From Mobula hypostoma (lineage: Eukaryota), in assembly GCF_963921235.1 (NCBI RefSeq), contig NC_086109.1, positions 3,040,001 to 3,104,000 of the forward strand: a stretch of DNA of 64,000 nt, given 5' to 3'. The position numbers were made by a program, and so were the translations under genes. The notes under the pieces are model-generated. The model did no database searches. It was not told the DNA's origin and worked only from the letters and a program-made list of their open reading frames with translations. Below are positions 8,682 to 20,730 of this stretch, piece after piece (position 1 is the first letter of the stretch; each line of letters begins with the position of its first letter).

Positions 8682-11681
8682 TTGGGGGGTGGGAATCAAA
8701 TTAAAGCGGCTAGGTGTGAGGAGGTTAGTTCACAACAGAGGGATGGGAACCAGTGCAGAGAGACAGAGGGGTGTAAAGTGAGCGTAGAAGCAAAAAGTAC
8801 AAAGGGGAAAAGTAAAAGTGGCAGGCCGACAAATCCAGGGCAAGCATTAAAAAGGGCTAAGAGAGTTGTAAAAGAGTGCCTGAAGGCTTTATGTGTCAAT
8901 GCAAGGAGCATTCGTAATAAGGTGGATGAATTGAAAGTGCAGATTGTTATTAATGATTATGATATAGTTGGGATCACAGAGACATGGCTCCAGGGTGACC
9001 AGGGATGGGAGCTCAACGTTCAGGGATATTCAATATTCAGGAGGGATAGACACGAAGGAAGGGGAGGTGGGGTGGCGTTGCTGGTTAAAAAAGAGATTAA
9101 CGCAATAGAAAGGAAGGACATAAGCCGGGAAGATGTGGAATCGATATGGGTAGAGCTGCGTAACACTAAGGGGCAGAAGACGCTGGTGGGAGTTGTGTAC
9201 AGGCCACCTAACAGTAGTAGTGAGGTCGGAGATGGTATTAAACAGGAAATTAGAAATGTGTGCAATAAAGGAACAGCAGTTATAATGGGTGACTTCAATC
9301 TACATGTAGACTGGGTGAACCAAATTGGTAAAGGTGCTGAGGAAGAGGATTTCTTGGAATGTATGCGGGATGGTTTTTTGAACCAACATGTCGAGGAACC
9401 GACTAGAGAGCAGGCTATTCTGGACTGGGTTTTGAGCAATGAGGAAGGGTTAATTAGCGATCTTGTCGTGAGAGGCCCCTTGGGTAAGAGTGACCATAAT
9501 ATGGTGGAATTCTTCATTAACATGGAGAGTGACGTAGTTAATTCAGAAACAAAGGTTCTGAACTTAAAGAGGGGTAACTTTGAAGGTATGAGACATGAAT
9601 TAGCTAAGATAGACTGGCAAATGACACTTCAAGGATTGACGGTGGATATGCAATGGCAGGCATTTAAAGGTTGCATGGATGAACTACAACAATTGTTCAT
9701 CCCAGTTTGGCAAAAGAATAAATCAAGGAAGGTAGTGCACCCGTGGCTGACAAGAGAAATTAGGGATAGTATCAATTCCAAAGAAGTAGCATACAAATTA
9801 GCCAGAGAAAGTGGCTCACCTGAGGACTGGGAGAAATTCAGAGTTCAGCAGAGGAGGACAAAGGGCTTAATTAGGAAGGGGAAAAAAGATTATGAGAGAA
9901 AACTGGCAGAGAACATAAAAACGGACTGTAAAAGCTTTTATAGATATGTAAAAAGGAAAAGACTGATAAAGACAAATGTAGGTCCCCTGCAAACAGAAAC
10001 AGGTGAATTGATTATGGGGAGCAAGGACATGGCAGACCAATTGAATAATTACTTTGGTTCTGTCTTCACTAAGGAGGACATAAATAATCTTCCAGAAATA
10101 GTAAGGGACAGAGGGTCCAGTGAGATGGAGGAACTGAGCGAAATACATGTTAGTAGGGAAGTGGTGTTAGGTAAATTGAAGGGATTGAAGGCAGATAAAT
10201 CCCCAGGGCCAGATGGTCTGCATCCCAGAGTGCTTAAGGAAGTGGCCCAAGAAATAGTGGATGCATTAGTGATAATTTTTCAAAACTCGTTAGATTCTGG
10301 ACTAGTTCCTGAGGATTGGAGGGTGGCTAATGTAACCCCACTTTTTAAAAAAGGAGGGAGAGAGAAACCGGGGAATTATAGGCCGGTTAGCCTAACGTCG
10401 GTGGTGGGGAAACTGCTGGAGTCAGTTATCAAGGATGTGATAACAGCACATTTGGAAAGCGGTGAAATGATCGGACAAAGTCAGCATGGATTTGTGAAAG
10501 GAAAATCATGTCTGACGAATCTCATAGAATTTTTTGAGGATGTAACTAGTAGAGTGGATAGGGGAGAACCAGTGGATGTGGTATATTTGGATTTTCAAAA
10601 GGCTTTTGACAAGGTCCCACATAGGAGATTAGTGTGCAAACTTAAAGCACACGGTATTGGGGGTAAGGTATTGGTGTGGGTGGAGAATTGGTTAGCAGAC
10701 AGGAAGCAAAGAGTGGGAATAAACGGGACCTTTTCAGAATGGCAGGCGGTGACTAGTGGGGTACCGCAAGGCTCAGTGCTGGGACCCCAGTTGTTTACAA
10801 TATATATTAATGACTTGGATGAGGGAATTAAATGCAGCATCTCCAAGTTTGCGGATGACACGAAGCTGGGTGGCAGTGTTAGCAGTGAGGAGGATGCTAA
10901 GAGGATGCAGGGTGACTTGGATAGGTTGGGTGAGTGGGCAAACTCATGGCAGATGCAATTTAATGTGGATAAATGTGAAGTTATCCACTTTGGTGGCAAA
11001 AATAGGAAAACAGATTATTATCTGAATGGTGGCCGATTAGGAAAAGGGGAGGTGCAACGAGACCTGGGTGTCATTATACACCAGTCATTGAAAGTGGGCA
11101 TGCAGGTACAGCAGGCGGTGAAAAAGGCGAACGGTATGCTGGCATTTATAGCGAGAGGATTCGAGTACAGGAGCAGGGAGGTACTACTGCAGTTGTACAA
11201 GGCCTTGGTGAGACCACACCTGGAGTATTGTGTGCAGTTTTGGTCCCCTAATCTGAGGAAAGACATCTTTGCCATAGAGGGAGTACAAAGAAGGTTCACC
11301 AGATTGATTCCTGGGATGGCAGGTCTTTCATATGAAGAAAGACTGGATGAACTGGGCTTGTACTCGTTGGAATTTAGAAGATTGAGGGGGGATCTGATTG
11401 AAACGTATAAGATCCTAAAGGGATTGGACAGGCTAGATGCAGGAAGATTGTTCCCGATGTTGGGGAGGTCTAGAACGAGGGGTCACAGTTTGAGGATAGA
11501 GGGGAAGCCTTTTAGGACCGAGGTTAGGAAAAACTTCTTCACACAGAGAGTGGTGAATCTGTGGAATTCTCTGCCACAGCAAACTGTTGAGGCCAGTTCA
11601 TTAGCTATGTTTAAAAGGAAGTTAGATATGGCCCTTGTGGCTACAGGGGTCAGGGGGTATGGAGGGAAGGCTGGGTTCTGA
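8682..11681 (+). CDS. CR1 ORF2: apurinic endonuclease + reverse transcriptase (999 codons, no AUG start)
   Basis: NARS, GITETWL, GDFN, SDHN (APE); PGPDG, YRPVSL, QHGF, DFQKAFD, GVPQGS, FADD (RT); uninterrupted. Confidence 0.95.
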   Translation: MGGGNQIKAARCEEVSSQQRDGNQCRETEGCKVSVEAKSTKGKSKSGRPTNPGQALKRAKRVVKECLKALCVNARSIRNKVDELKVQIVINDYDIVGITETWLQGDQGWELNVQGYSIFRRDRHEGRGGGVALLVKKEINAIERKDISREDVESIWVELRNTKGQKTLVGVVYRPPNSSSEVGDGIKQEIRNVCNKGTAVIMGDFNLHVDWVNQIGKGAEEEDFLECMRDGFLNQHVEEPTREQAILDWVLSNEEGLISDLVVRGPLGKSDHNMVEFFINMESDVVNSETKVLNLKRGNFEGMRHELAKIDWQMTLQGLTVDMQWQAFKGCMDELQQLFIPVWQKNKSRKVVHPWLTREIRDSINSKEVAYKLARESGSPEDWEKFRVQQRRTKGLIRKGKKDYERKLAENIKTDCKSFYRYVKRKRLIKTNVGPLQTETGELIMGSKDMADQLNNYFGSVFTKEDINNLPEIVRDRGSSEMEELSEIHVSREVVLGKLKGLKADKSPGPDGLHPRVLKEVAQEIVDALVIIFQNSLDSGLVPEDWRVANVTPLFKKGGREKPGNYRPVSLTSVVGKLLESVIKDVITAHLESGEMIGQSQHGFVKGKSCLTNLIEFFEDVTSRVDRGEPVDVVYLDFQKAFDKVPHRRLVCKLKAHGIGGKVLVWVENWLADRKQRVGINGTFSEWQAVTSGVPQGSVLGPQLFTIYINDLDEGIKCSISKFADDTKLGGSVSSEEDAKRMQGDLDRLGEWANSWQMQFNVDKCEVIHFGGKNRKTDYYLNGGRLGKGEVQRDLGVIIHQSLKVGMQVQQAVKKANGMLAFIARGFEYRSREVLLQLYKALVRPHLEYCVQFWSPNLRKDIFAIEGVQRRFTRLIPGMAGLSYEERLDELGLYSLEFRRLRGDLIETYKILKGLDRLDAGRLFPMLGRSRTRGHSLRIEGKPFRTEVRKNFFTQRVVNLWNSLPQQTVEASSLAMFKRKLDMALVATGVRGYGGKAGF

Positions 11682-12744
11682 GTTGGATGATCAGCCATGA
11701 TCATAATAAATGGCGGTGCAGGCTCGAAGGGCCGAATGGCCTACTCCTGCACCTATTTTCTATGTTTCTATGTTTCTAAATGTAGAATGAGATTGCTGAG
11801 AAACAGGCCCTGTCTGAAATCTCATGACCTGGGACACAATGATGTCATGATTGACATGAGAAGAGAAAGCTATTTCTTTAAATGTAATTTAAATTCAATT
11901 CACCACAAGATACATTTCAATATTTCCAAATCTAGATGGATTTAAATCACTGTGATTTTTTGGCAGGTATAATTATATTGATTGGTGTTATTGATTCCTG
12001 CCAGAACAAAACGGTAAAGTTATGGAAACTTACTGGAAAGTTTCAGAATGGCATAATGTTTATTTTAATAAAGCAAATCACTGCAGGATTTTAAATGCTG
12101 ATTTAAAGAATTCCATGAAGAGACCTCTGTGGCAATGAATAATTCAGTGATTAAACTGGATATTTACAACAGAACAAGTTAAAGGTTCAGTTGGAACATT
12201 ACTGATAAATAGTCAGAAACCTGCAATTTCAGAATTAAAACCAGACTTTAATATAATTTTGACTTATAGACTTGTTCCCCAGTTGTTTAGTCAGTTTATC
12301 AGAAAATAAAATTATTTTGTGATTTATTTTTTAAACTCAGTACATAACATTGCTTTTGTTTTATTTCTCTGTGAGAGTCAGAGTCAGAGAACACAGAAAG
12401 CAGCACTTCAGCCCTGCAGATCAGTGCTGGCTTCCCTGCCCATCGACACTATTCCATCTGCCTGCTTTAGGGCAGTTTTAGGGTTGGTGGTGAAAGATTT
12501 AACAAGAACCTGAGTTGCAACATTTTCACAGTCTGGATATTAGATACTGTATATGGAACCAGCTGCTAGAGGAAGTGGTTGAAGCGGGTATAGCAGGTAT
12601 ACATTTAACTGCTACATGTGGGTGGGTTGACGGATGACAAAGAGTTTAGAGGGTCATAGACCAAGAGGTGGGAAATGGAATTAGCTTGAATATACATCTT
12701 GGTCAGCCAAAGGGCCTTTCTCTGTGCTGTATGACTCTAAAACG

Positions 12745-14130
12745 GTACAGACCTTTCAGCCCAAGATGACTGTGCTCACTATGCGGACAGTTTAAAATCT
12801 ATATCTGCCTGGACATGATGCATATCAATCCACTTATTCTACGCCTGTTCATGTGCCTGCCTAAATGCATCTAAAACATTGCTACCTTACATTCTATGAC
12901 CATAAGACATAGAGGCAGATTTAGGACATTTGGCCCATCAAGTCTGTTCTGCCACTTCATTCTGGCTGATCTACTTTCCATTTCAGCCCCAATCTCATGC
13001 CCTCTCTCTGCAATCTTTCATGCTCTGTCTAATCAGTGCCTAGCAGCCTCCTTCTTAATGTGTTCCAAGTTCCCACCACTCTCTGTGTGAAAAATCTTTT
13101 CTCATAAATCTGCTTTAAACTTTCCCCCTTTCCCCGTAAAGCTATTTGGCACTTTCATGCTGGAAGAACTGGCTATCTACTCTATCTACCTGGCTGATTC
13201 CCCCCTTTTAATTTTGCGAACTTCCATCGGATCTTCCGTCAGCCCCCGACACTCTGGAGGAAACAAGTGCAAGTTTGTCCAATCTTTCCTTGTAGCTAAC
13301 ACTCTTTAATCCAGAAAACATACCAGTAAATGTCTTCTGCACCTCTCCAAATCCTTCCTGTAATGTGGTAACTGTATGCAATACTCTAAATCAGATTAGA
13401 TTAGATTCAACTTTATTGTCATTGTGCTGAGTACAGATATGCATTGAAATGCATTTAGCATCTGACCAGAAATGCAAAGAATAGTGTTGTTTACAAAATA
13501 ACTGTGAATAAAAAAAGTGTTACAGCACACAAATATAGAAGTACTGAGACAGTACAATACGGATGCAATACTGCTTAGTACTGTGGCTTAAACAAGGTTT
13601 CATACAGTTACATTATGACTTTCTGATTTTTATACTCAACCCCCTGACAGATGAAGGCAGGTGTTCTGTGTGCCTTAACCACCCTGTCTACAGGTATTCC
13701 TTCTTTCAGGAGCTATGGATTTCCACCTCAGGATCCCTCTTCAAATCAATGTTGCTGAAGGCCCCATTATTTACTGTATACTTTCCTCGTGCCTACTTCC
13801 TTCTCCCAAAGAGCAACACCTCACGTTGTCTGGACAAACCATTTCTCTGCCCATAGCTCCAATTGATCTATATCATGCTGATGATAGTCTTCACTATAAA
13901 TCCACCAACTTATTTTGTCATCTATAAATGTCCTAATCAGTTCATCTACGTTTTCATCCAAATCACAAAAAAAAAACAGATCTCTGCAGAACACCACTGG
14001 TCACAGACCTTCAGTTAGAATAACATGCCTGGACTGTTATGGTTTGCCTTGTATGGCTGAGACAATTTTCAATATAATCTACCAACTCAGTGTGGATGTC
14101 ATCGGTCCTTATTGACTTGGTGATATGACA
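12745..14130 (-). mobile_element. Degraded CR1 with nested CR1 3' end (about 12898-13065) and Rex1-type 3' end (about 13392-13580)
   Basis: CR1 3'/RT similarity; GACCATAA and (ATTAG)n tails. Confidence 0.55.
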
Positions 14131-14279
14131 TCAACATTTCACTCAATGTCAACTAAACAAAATAACTGGCCACCAGCTTTAAACACCTGCTCCTTTCTAC
14201 TTCAATGGTGTTAAGGTTGAGAGGACTGAGTAATTAGGCTCCTCAGTGTGATTCATCAATAGTGTCTCTCAATCCTATC

Positions 14280-14900
14280 ACACTGATGTCACAGCCAGGA
14301 GAGCTCACCTATTCCCCTACTGCCTCAGGAAGCTGAAGAAATTTGACATATCTTCAACAACTCTAGCCAATTTTGATAAATGTACTGTAGAAAGCATTCT
14401 GGCCGGATGCATAATGCCTTAGTTTGGCTACTGCATGTGATCACGAGGAACTGCAGAGGACTGTGGACACAGCTCAGCACATCACAGGAATCAGCCTCCC
14501 CTCCATGGACTCTGCCTACACTTCTCACTGCCTCGGCATAGCTCCCAGCTTAATCCACGACTCCACCCTTACTGGATATTCTGTCTTCTCCCCTCTCTCA
14601 CTGGCAGAAACGGTAAAAATCTGAAAGCACGTATCACCAGGCTCAAGACCAGCTTCTTTCCTACTCTTAAATGGACTTCTTGTACAATAAAATGGATTCT
14701 TGGCCTCACAATCCCCCTCATTACGGACTCGCACGTTATCGTTATCTGCACATAATTTTTTTGGTAGCTCTTACACTTTATTCTGCATTCTTACTGTTTC
14801 ACTTTATTTTAGCTCAATGCACTGAGTAGTGATTTGATCTGTATGTAGGGTAAGCTTTTCACTGCATCTTGGTACATACGATAATAATAAATTGAATGCA
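14280..14900 (+). mobile_element. Rex1/Babar RT C-terminus and 3' UTR
   Basis: LRKLKKF..., ELQRTVDTAQHITGISLPS. Confidence 0.75.
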
Positions 14901-14914
14901 AAACCAAAAACAAA

Positions 14915-15020
14915 AGCAACACGCCCAAAATGCTGGAGGAACTCAGCAGGCCAGGCAGCATCCACGGAAAAGCGTACAGTTGACATTTCGGGCTGAGACC
15001 TTTCATCAGGACTACAGGAA
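14915..15020 (-). mobile_element. Penelope-like pLTR mini-element, decayed hammerhead
   Basis: Homologous to 1264-1398; CTGATGA...GAAATGTC on minus. Confidence 0.75.
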
Positions 15021-15100
15021 AAAAAAACACTAAACTCTATCACAGCAAGAGGCTGCAACTGGAAATGAATACAGTGTTGAACAGATTAGCTTACGTGTAT

Positions 15101-15483
15101 TGGCATTTAGGGCAGCAATGAAGGTCCTCCATCTCTGGTGGTGTTCAGGGCTTCCTTCATCACGTCAGCAGCTTCCTCTCAGTTTTCACTATTGTCAGTC
15201 ATGCAAGCCCCAGTTGGAGACCAGGAGTACCATTGAACTTAGATGTAGAAGAATTCTTCATTGCTGTTTCCATAACAATTTTGTTTGACCTGTCATGGTT
15301 GTTAGCCCTGAGATGAATGCCCAAAACCTGGAGGACTGGTGGACCACTTTTAATCTGCCCTTTACCCTTTGAACTGTTTGGCATAGGTGACCCTACCAAG
15401 AGCTAAAGCATAAAACCCTGACTCCAGCCAACATAAGGAACACAAGCCTCCAAACCTCGACTAGATTGTGGTCCTCCTAGAGG
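15101..15483 (-). mobile_element. Bipartite RTE-derived element (family B)
   Basis: TSD TACGTGTAT (15092-15100/15484-15492); colinear with 6300-6745. Confidence 0.7.
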
Positions 15484-16094
15484 TACGTGTATGGCGCTAT
15501 TGCTTAAGGAGGAGCAGGTAGCTTGGTCAGTGTAACCGAATTCTCCCAAACCGGAATCATTCTCAGCTGGAATTCACAGACTTGTTTTCTCAATTTCATA
15601 TTGTTAGGAACAAACAACTTTAATAATTAATTAAACATATTTACAGTTAAACATTCCATTTTCACAGCTTGGCTTTTGATTTCCAAGTATTTAATAATTA
15701 AGCACTGAAGTCTGCTGGGAGGTAATGTATTAAAATAAATATTTGTGTAATCGGTCTGATCAAGGCTGCAGCATCCATGAAGCATGGGAGCTTATATGTC
15801 ACATCAAAACTCACGATTGATCAGCTCAACTGTGCATTGCCTTTATGAGGCAAGGGAAGAACCAAACTGTTAAATATGTTAAATAATTTAATATTGATAA
15901 ACACATTGTGATGTTTCTACTTAAATACTTGCAAGTGAATACCAGGGTGAATTCTGAATGGTGTCTAGCAGACTATACCTCTGAAGTTTTGCAGTTCCCG
16001 TTTAACGAGTAAACCTCGATGCTGTCGGCGGTTGGGTTCCGTAGCAAGGTTTATTCAATGTGGATCATAGAAATTGACTTCTAATTCAGATTTA

Positions 16095-17455
16095 AGACCA
16101 TAAGACCATAAATTATAGGAACAGAATTAGGCCATCTGGCCAATCGAGCCTGCTCCACCATTCAATCATGGCTCATCCTTTTTTTAAATCTCTTCCTCAA
16201 CCCCAGTTCCCGGCCTTCTTCCTGTAACCTTTAATGCCATGGCCAATAAAGAACCTATCAATCTCTGCCTTAAATACACCCAACGACGTGACCTCCACAA
16301 CTGCACGTGGCAACAAGTTCCACAAATTCACCACCCTTTGGCTAAAGAAATTTCTCGCATCTCTGTTTTGAAAGGGCACCCCTTTATCCTGAGGCTGTGC
16401 CCTCTTGTCCGAGACATTCCCACCATGGGAAATATCCACTGCACATCAAACCCCTCATCCTTCTAAATTCCAACAAGTACAGACCCAGAGCCATCAAACG
16501 TTCCTTGTACGATAACCCTTTCATTCCTGGAATCATCCTTGTGAACCTCCTCTGGACCCTCTCCAGTGCCAGCACATCTTTTCTAAGATGAGGAGCCCAA
16601 AACTGTTCATAGTACTCAAGGTGAGGCCTCACCAGTGCCTTATAAAGCCTCAGCATCACCTCCTTGCTTTTGTATTCTAGACCTCTTGAAATGAATGCTA
16701 ACATGGCATTTGCCTTCTTCACCACTCACTCAACCTGCAAGTTCAGCTTCAGGGTGTTCTGCACAAGGACTCCCAAGTCCCCCTGCATCTCAGATTCCTG
16801 GATTTTCTCCCTGTTGAGAAAACAGTCCACACATTTATTTCTACTCCCAAATGCATGACCATGCATTTTCCAACATTGTATTTCATTTGCCACTTTCTTG
16901 CCCCTTCTCCTATACTAAGTCCTTCTGCATCCTACCTGTTTCTTCAACACTACCTGCCCCTCCATCAATCTTTGTATCATCTGCAAACTTGGCAACAATG
17001 CCATCTATTCTATTATCTAAATCATTTATGAGCAGCATAAAAAGCAATGGTCCTAATACTGACTCCTACGGAACACCACTAGTCACTGGCAGCCAACCAA
17101 AAAAGGATCCTTTTATTCCCACTCGCTGCCTCCTATCAATCAGTCAATGCTCTAACCATGTTAGTAACTTTCCTATAATACCATGTGCTCTTAACTTGGT
17201 AAGCAGCCTCACGTGTGGCACCTTGTCAAGGGCTTTCTGAAAATCCAAATATTCAACGTCAGTTGAATCCCCTTTATCTATCCTATGTGTAATCTCTTCA
17301 AACAATTCCAACAGGTTCGTCAGGCAGGATTTTCCCTGAAGGAAACCATGCTGACTTTGTATTATCTTGTCCTGTGTCACCAAGTACTCTATCACCTCAT
17401 CCTTAACAACTGACTCTAACATCTTCCCAACTACTGAGGTCAGGCTAACCGGTCT
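16095..17455 (-). mobile_element. CR1 LINE 3' portion with internal deletions
   Basis: Minus ORFs QHGFLQGKSCLTNL, KKANAMLAFISRG, NFFSQRVVNLWN; (CTTATGGT)n tail. Confidence 0.9.
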
Positions 17456-17459
17456 TTAT

Positions 17460-17805
17460 GATGTTTTGATGTGTTCTGGCTCTGGTTGCTCTTTGTTGTT
17501 ACTACTTTGGGGCGATTTGTGAGTGGGGGCACCCTGCAGATATTAAACATTGAGCTGAGCTGAACTTAAATAAGCCTTTTGATTTTGTGTTCCTAAATTC
17601 CGTGCTTTCACTCACCTTTTTTTTGGTTGCCATTTCCACAATTTTTTTTGTGCGAAGGGGAGTGGGTTTGATGTTTGATATTTCTCTTTGGGCGGATTGA
17701 TTCCATGGTTTCGTGACTCTATGTGGGGAAGATGAACTTCAGCTTTGTAAACTGCATACATACTTTGATAATAAATCTACTTTGAAGATTGAACTTTGAA
17801 CTTCA
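17460..17805 (+). mobile_element. Non-autonomous element with Rex1-type tail (family D)
   Basis: Ends TACTTTGATAATAAATCTACTTTGAA..GAACTTTGAAC. Confidence 0.6.
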
Positions 17806-18499
17806 ACAGATCAATTGTCTCTTTGTTTGAATCATTGTCATGCTTTTCTTATTCTTTTCTACCCGTTTATACAATTCCAATAAATGTGAGGTCACATTAG
17901 TAACCAGTATTTGCTGCAACTCTCTCCCACAGCCACCCCAGTATTCTCATCCCACTCAATTCTGGAAAACTCTCACATAACATGGATTTTCTGTATGGGT
18001 CATACAACACCGCTCTTCATTCTAGTGCATCTGATCCTTTGCCTCTTCCCTTCCCCCAGGGTTCCTCACCATTATGGTCTGGACCCATTATTGCCATCTC
18101 TCACTCTTTTGCTCAAATGCAATCCTTTCTGTAATTATACTTCCTGGATCAACACACAAATCTTTCACGTTCTTTGAAAAACAGCAAAAAAAAATAGAAT
18201 TGTACTGCATAGATACAGGCCATTCAGCCCAACACACCCATGCCAACCCGTAGACACCTTCCTCAATCAATCCCAACATCCAGGAGCCCTTTGCACCTGA
18301 GTGATTGAAATGCCCCTCCAGACATTTCTTAAACCCTGTCTGTGGCTCTACTTCCACCACTCTCTCCTGCCTGTGTTCCAGATACTCACTGCTCTCCAGG
18401 TGAAGGACATCCCCTTTACATCCTGTCTAAATCTCTTCCCCTTACTCTCAGCCTAAGACCACTAGTGTTATCTACCTCTGATAGAAGGAAAAGCTTCAG

Positions 18500-18860
18500 T
18501 GACAGAGGACTTCAGTCAGGGACCCAGACAGGCATTTCCGTGGCCATATACATGATTCCAGGATGCTGCATTGCCTCTCTGGAGCCAGAGTGAAGGATGT
18601 CTTTGAACGTACACAGGACATTCAGAGAGGGGACCTTGAGCAATGAGAACATGGTTCAGAAAGGTACCATTGACACAAGTTGGAAGAAAAATGATTTAGG
18701 GAATTAAATAGATTTTTTAAAAGAAAGACCTCAAGCTTGTAATCTCAATTTTGTTCCCTGAGCGAGCAAGACAAGTGATAGGAAGGGAGAAAAGTTAAAT
18801 ACATGATTATGGAGCTGGAACAAAGAGAGCTTCAGTATATGGATTATTAGGCCTTCTTCC
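18500..18860 (+). pseudogene. Degraded CR1 ORF1 esterase fragment
   Basis: Colinear with 8185-8560 (TTGCCTCTCTGGAGCCAGAGT, AGGTACCATTGACA). Confidence 0.6.
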
Positions 18861-18954
18861 CAGAACATCCCCATATAGAATGTCTCTGATTAACTCTGCC
18901 TTCCCAAGAGAGCATTAATTCTCTCCCTCAGAATAACAACCCGTCTCTTTCAGC

Positions 18955-19155
18955 ATTCCAAAGAAGTCCTTCAGCTCTGCCGTGGACAATCCCAAGCCTG
19001 ACTGCAAAAGGAAGAGGTTTGGGTGTGGGGCTTGCAACCCCATCCCGTAAAGACCCAGCGTTAAAGGAATGCCGGCAGAAGCTCCAAAGACCTCATCCCT
19101 GAGACAGAAAGGATCTTCGTCTGGAAGAGTCATAGATGGGCTACACCTACACCTG
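18955..19155 (+). mobile_element. RTE 5'-UTR-like fragment with decayed twister motif
   Basis: TCCCAAGCC...AAAAGGAAGAGG followed by GGGGCTTGCAACCCC hairpin and ATCCCGTAAA. Confidence 0.5.
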
Positions 19156-19999
19156 CTGAATGCATTGGTTCATGGCATAAAGAAGGTTGGGAACCCCTGG
19201 CTTAGAGGAATATGGACTGAACAGAGGAAATTGGGACAAGCTGGATGGGCAGCATGGTTGATTTGGCTAGTTGGGCTGAAGGGCAGGTATCTGTGGTGCA
19301 TTGTTCTGTGAATCTCTTCCACTGTATTCTTTCCAGGTACATCAGCAGCCTCTTAATACTTCTCTTATGCTGTATCCAGTGAGTGGTTTTGTCTGCATTG
19401 GAAGATAGATATGATTAGATGACCCCCATTGTGTGAAGAACCACATGCTTCGCAGTCTTTACCTGTGTTTCTAATCACGTCACATTAATTTTCTGTTCCA
19501 GTCTCACTTGCAATTCTCTGCCCACGGCCCTTAAATTGTTCCAAACCAAAAGAACATCATCTCATCCCCTGACAGAGTGGCTTAAAGATTTGCCCAATTT
19601 GCAGTGAATTCAACAATTTCAGATGAAAATTTCCCTGTTTCCATTTACACCTTCACAAACCCATCATTGCTTTTCAGTTGGTTCATCTGCAGACACTTCC
19701 ACCTTCTCACAAGCCCTTTGCTCATCTGACTTTCAGCCCAGTACAGACCTGACCTGCTCATGCATCTCCACCCTCCTCCTTCCCCTTTATCTGGTCTCTT
19801 TTCTTGGTTAAAAAAAATATTTTCTGCTTGTCTATCTTCTGTCCTCTGTGGTAAATGCCAAAATAGTCAGTGACCTGAAATTTTACCTATGTAAACTGCC
19901 CTGCTAAGCATTTTCCTTACTTTCTGTCTGTATGCCAGATTTCCAGCATCCAGTTTATTTTATTTAAATTTTTGTTTTTTTTAATTCTTCACACTTTTT

Positions 20000-20730
20000 T
20001 TCTCTCTTTGGAGTGAAGGAGGATGAGAGGTGACTTGACAGGGGTGTATAAGGTGATAAGGGGCATAGACAGGATGGACAGCCAGCGCCTTTTCCCAGGG
20101 TGGCAATGGCTAATTCAAAAGGCCATAATGCCTGCTCCGGCTGATCTGGGTTTCATGTCTGCAGGCTCTGTGCCACTTATTCTGCTATGTGCTGAACCGA
20201 GCCTGAGGACGTGGGCCTACACCGGCTGATCCGAGCTTCATGTCTGAAGACTCACTTTTGTTCCAAATGCCAGTTTTGTTTGCTTTTATTTTTTTTAACA
20301 CAATGTTTTTTTTTCTCTCTCTGCACGGTGGGTGTCTGTTGGTCTTTTTTTTAATATAACGGGCTCGTTTGGGTTTCTTGTTTCGTGGCAGCCTGCAAGG
20401 AGATGAATCTCAAGGTTGTATAATGCACCCGTACTTTGATAATAAATATATGTTGAACTTTGAACTTTTATTTTTAAGACATATGGGGATGTCAGAGGTT
20501 TATTTTTTTACACAGAGTGTGGAAGTTGGTGGAATACATTGCTGGGTGGTGGTAGAGGCAGATACGTTGGGGACGTTTAAAAGACTTGTAGATAGGCACA
20601 TGGACAACAGAAAAATGGAGGGACATATACTGTAGGAGGGAAGGGTTAGAGTGATTTTGAAGTTGGTTAAGATGCTGCCACAACATTGTAGGCCAAAGGG
20701 CCTGAACGGTGCAGTTTTATGTTCTATGTA
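20000..20730 (+). mobile_element. CR1 3' end interrupted by a family D element (about 20128-20468)
   Basis: MRGDLTGVYKVIRGIDR; family D tail at 20404-20468. Confidence 0.7.

Larger units (their letters stand above)
8157..11777 (+). mobile_element. CR1 (HER1-like) LINE, 5'-truncated within ORF1, ORF2 intact
   Basis: Esterase ORF1 remnant, APE-RT ORF2, short 3' UTR and (TTTCTATG)n tail. Confidence 0.97.

Noticed and set aside
9020..11299. Antisense ORFs within CR1 ORF2
   Set aside because: Shadow ORFs expected opposite a long coding frame
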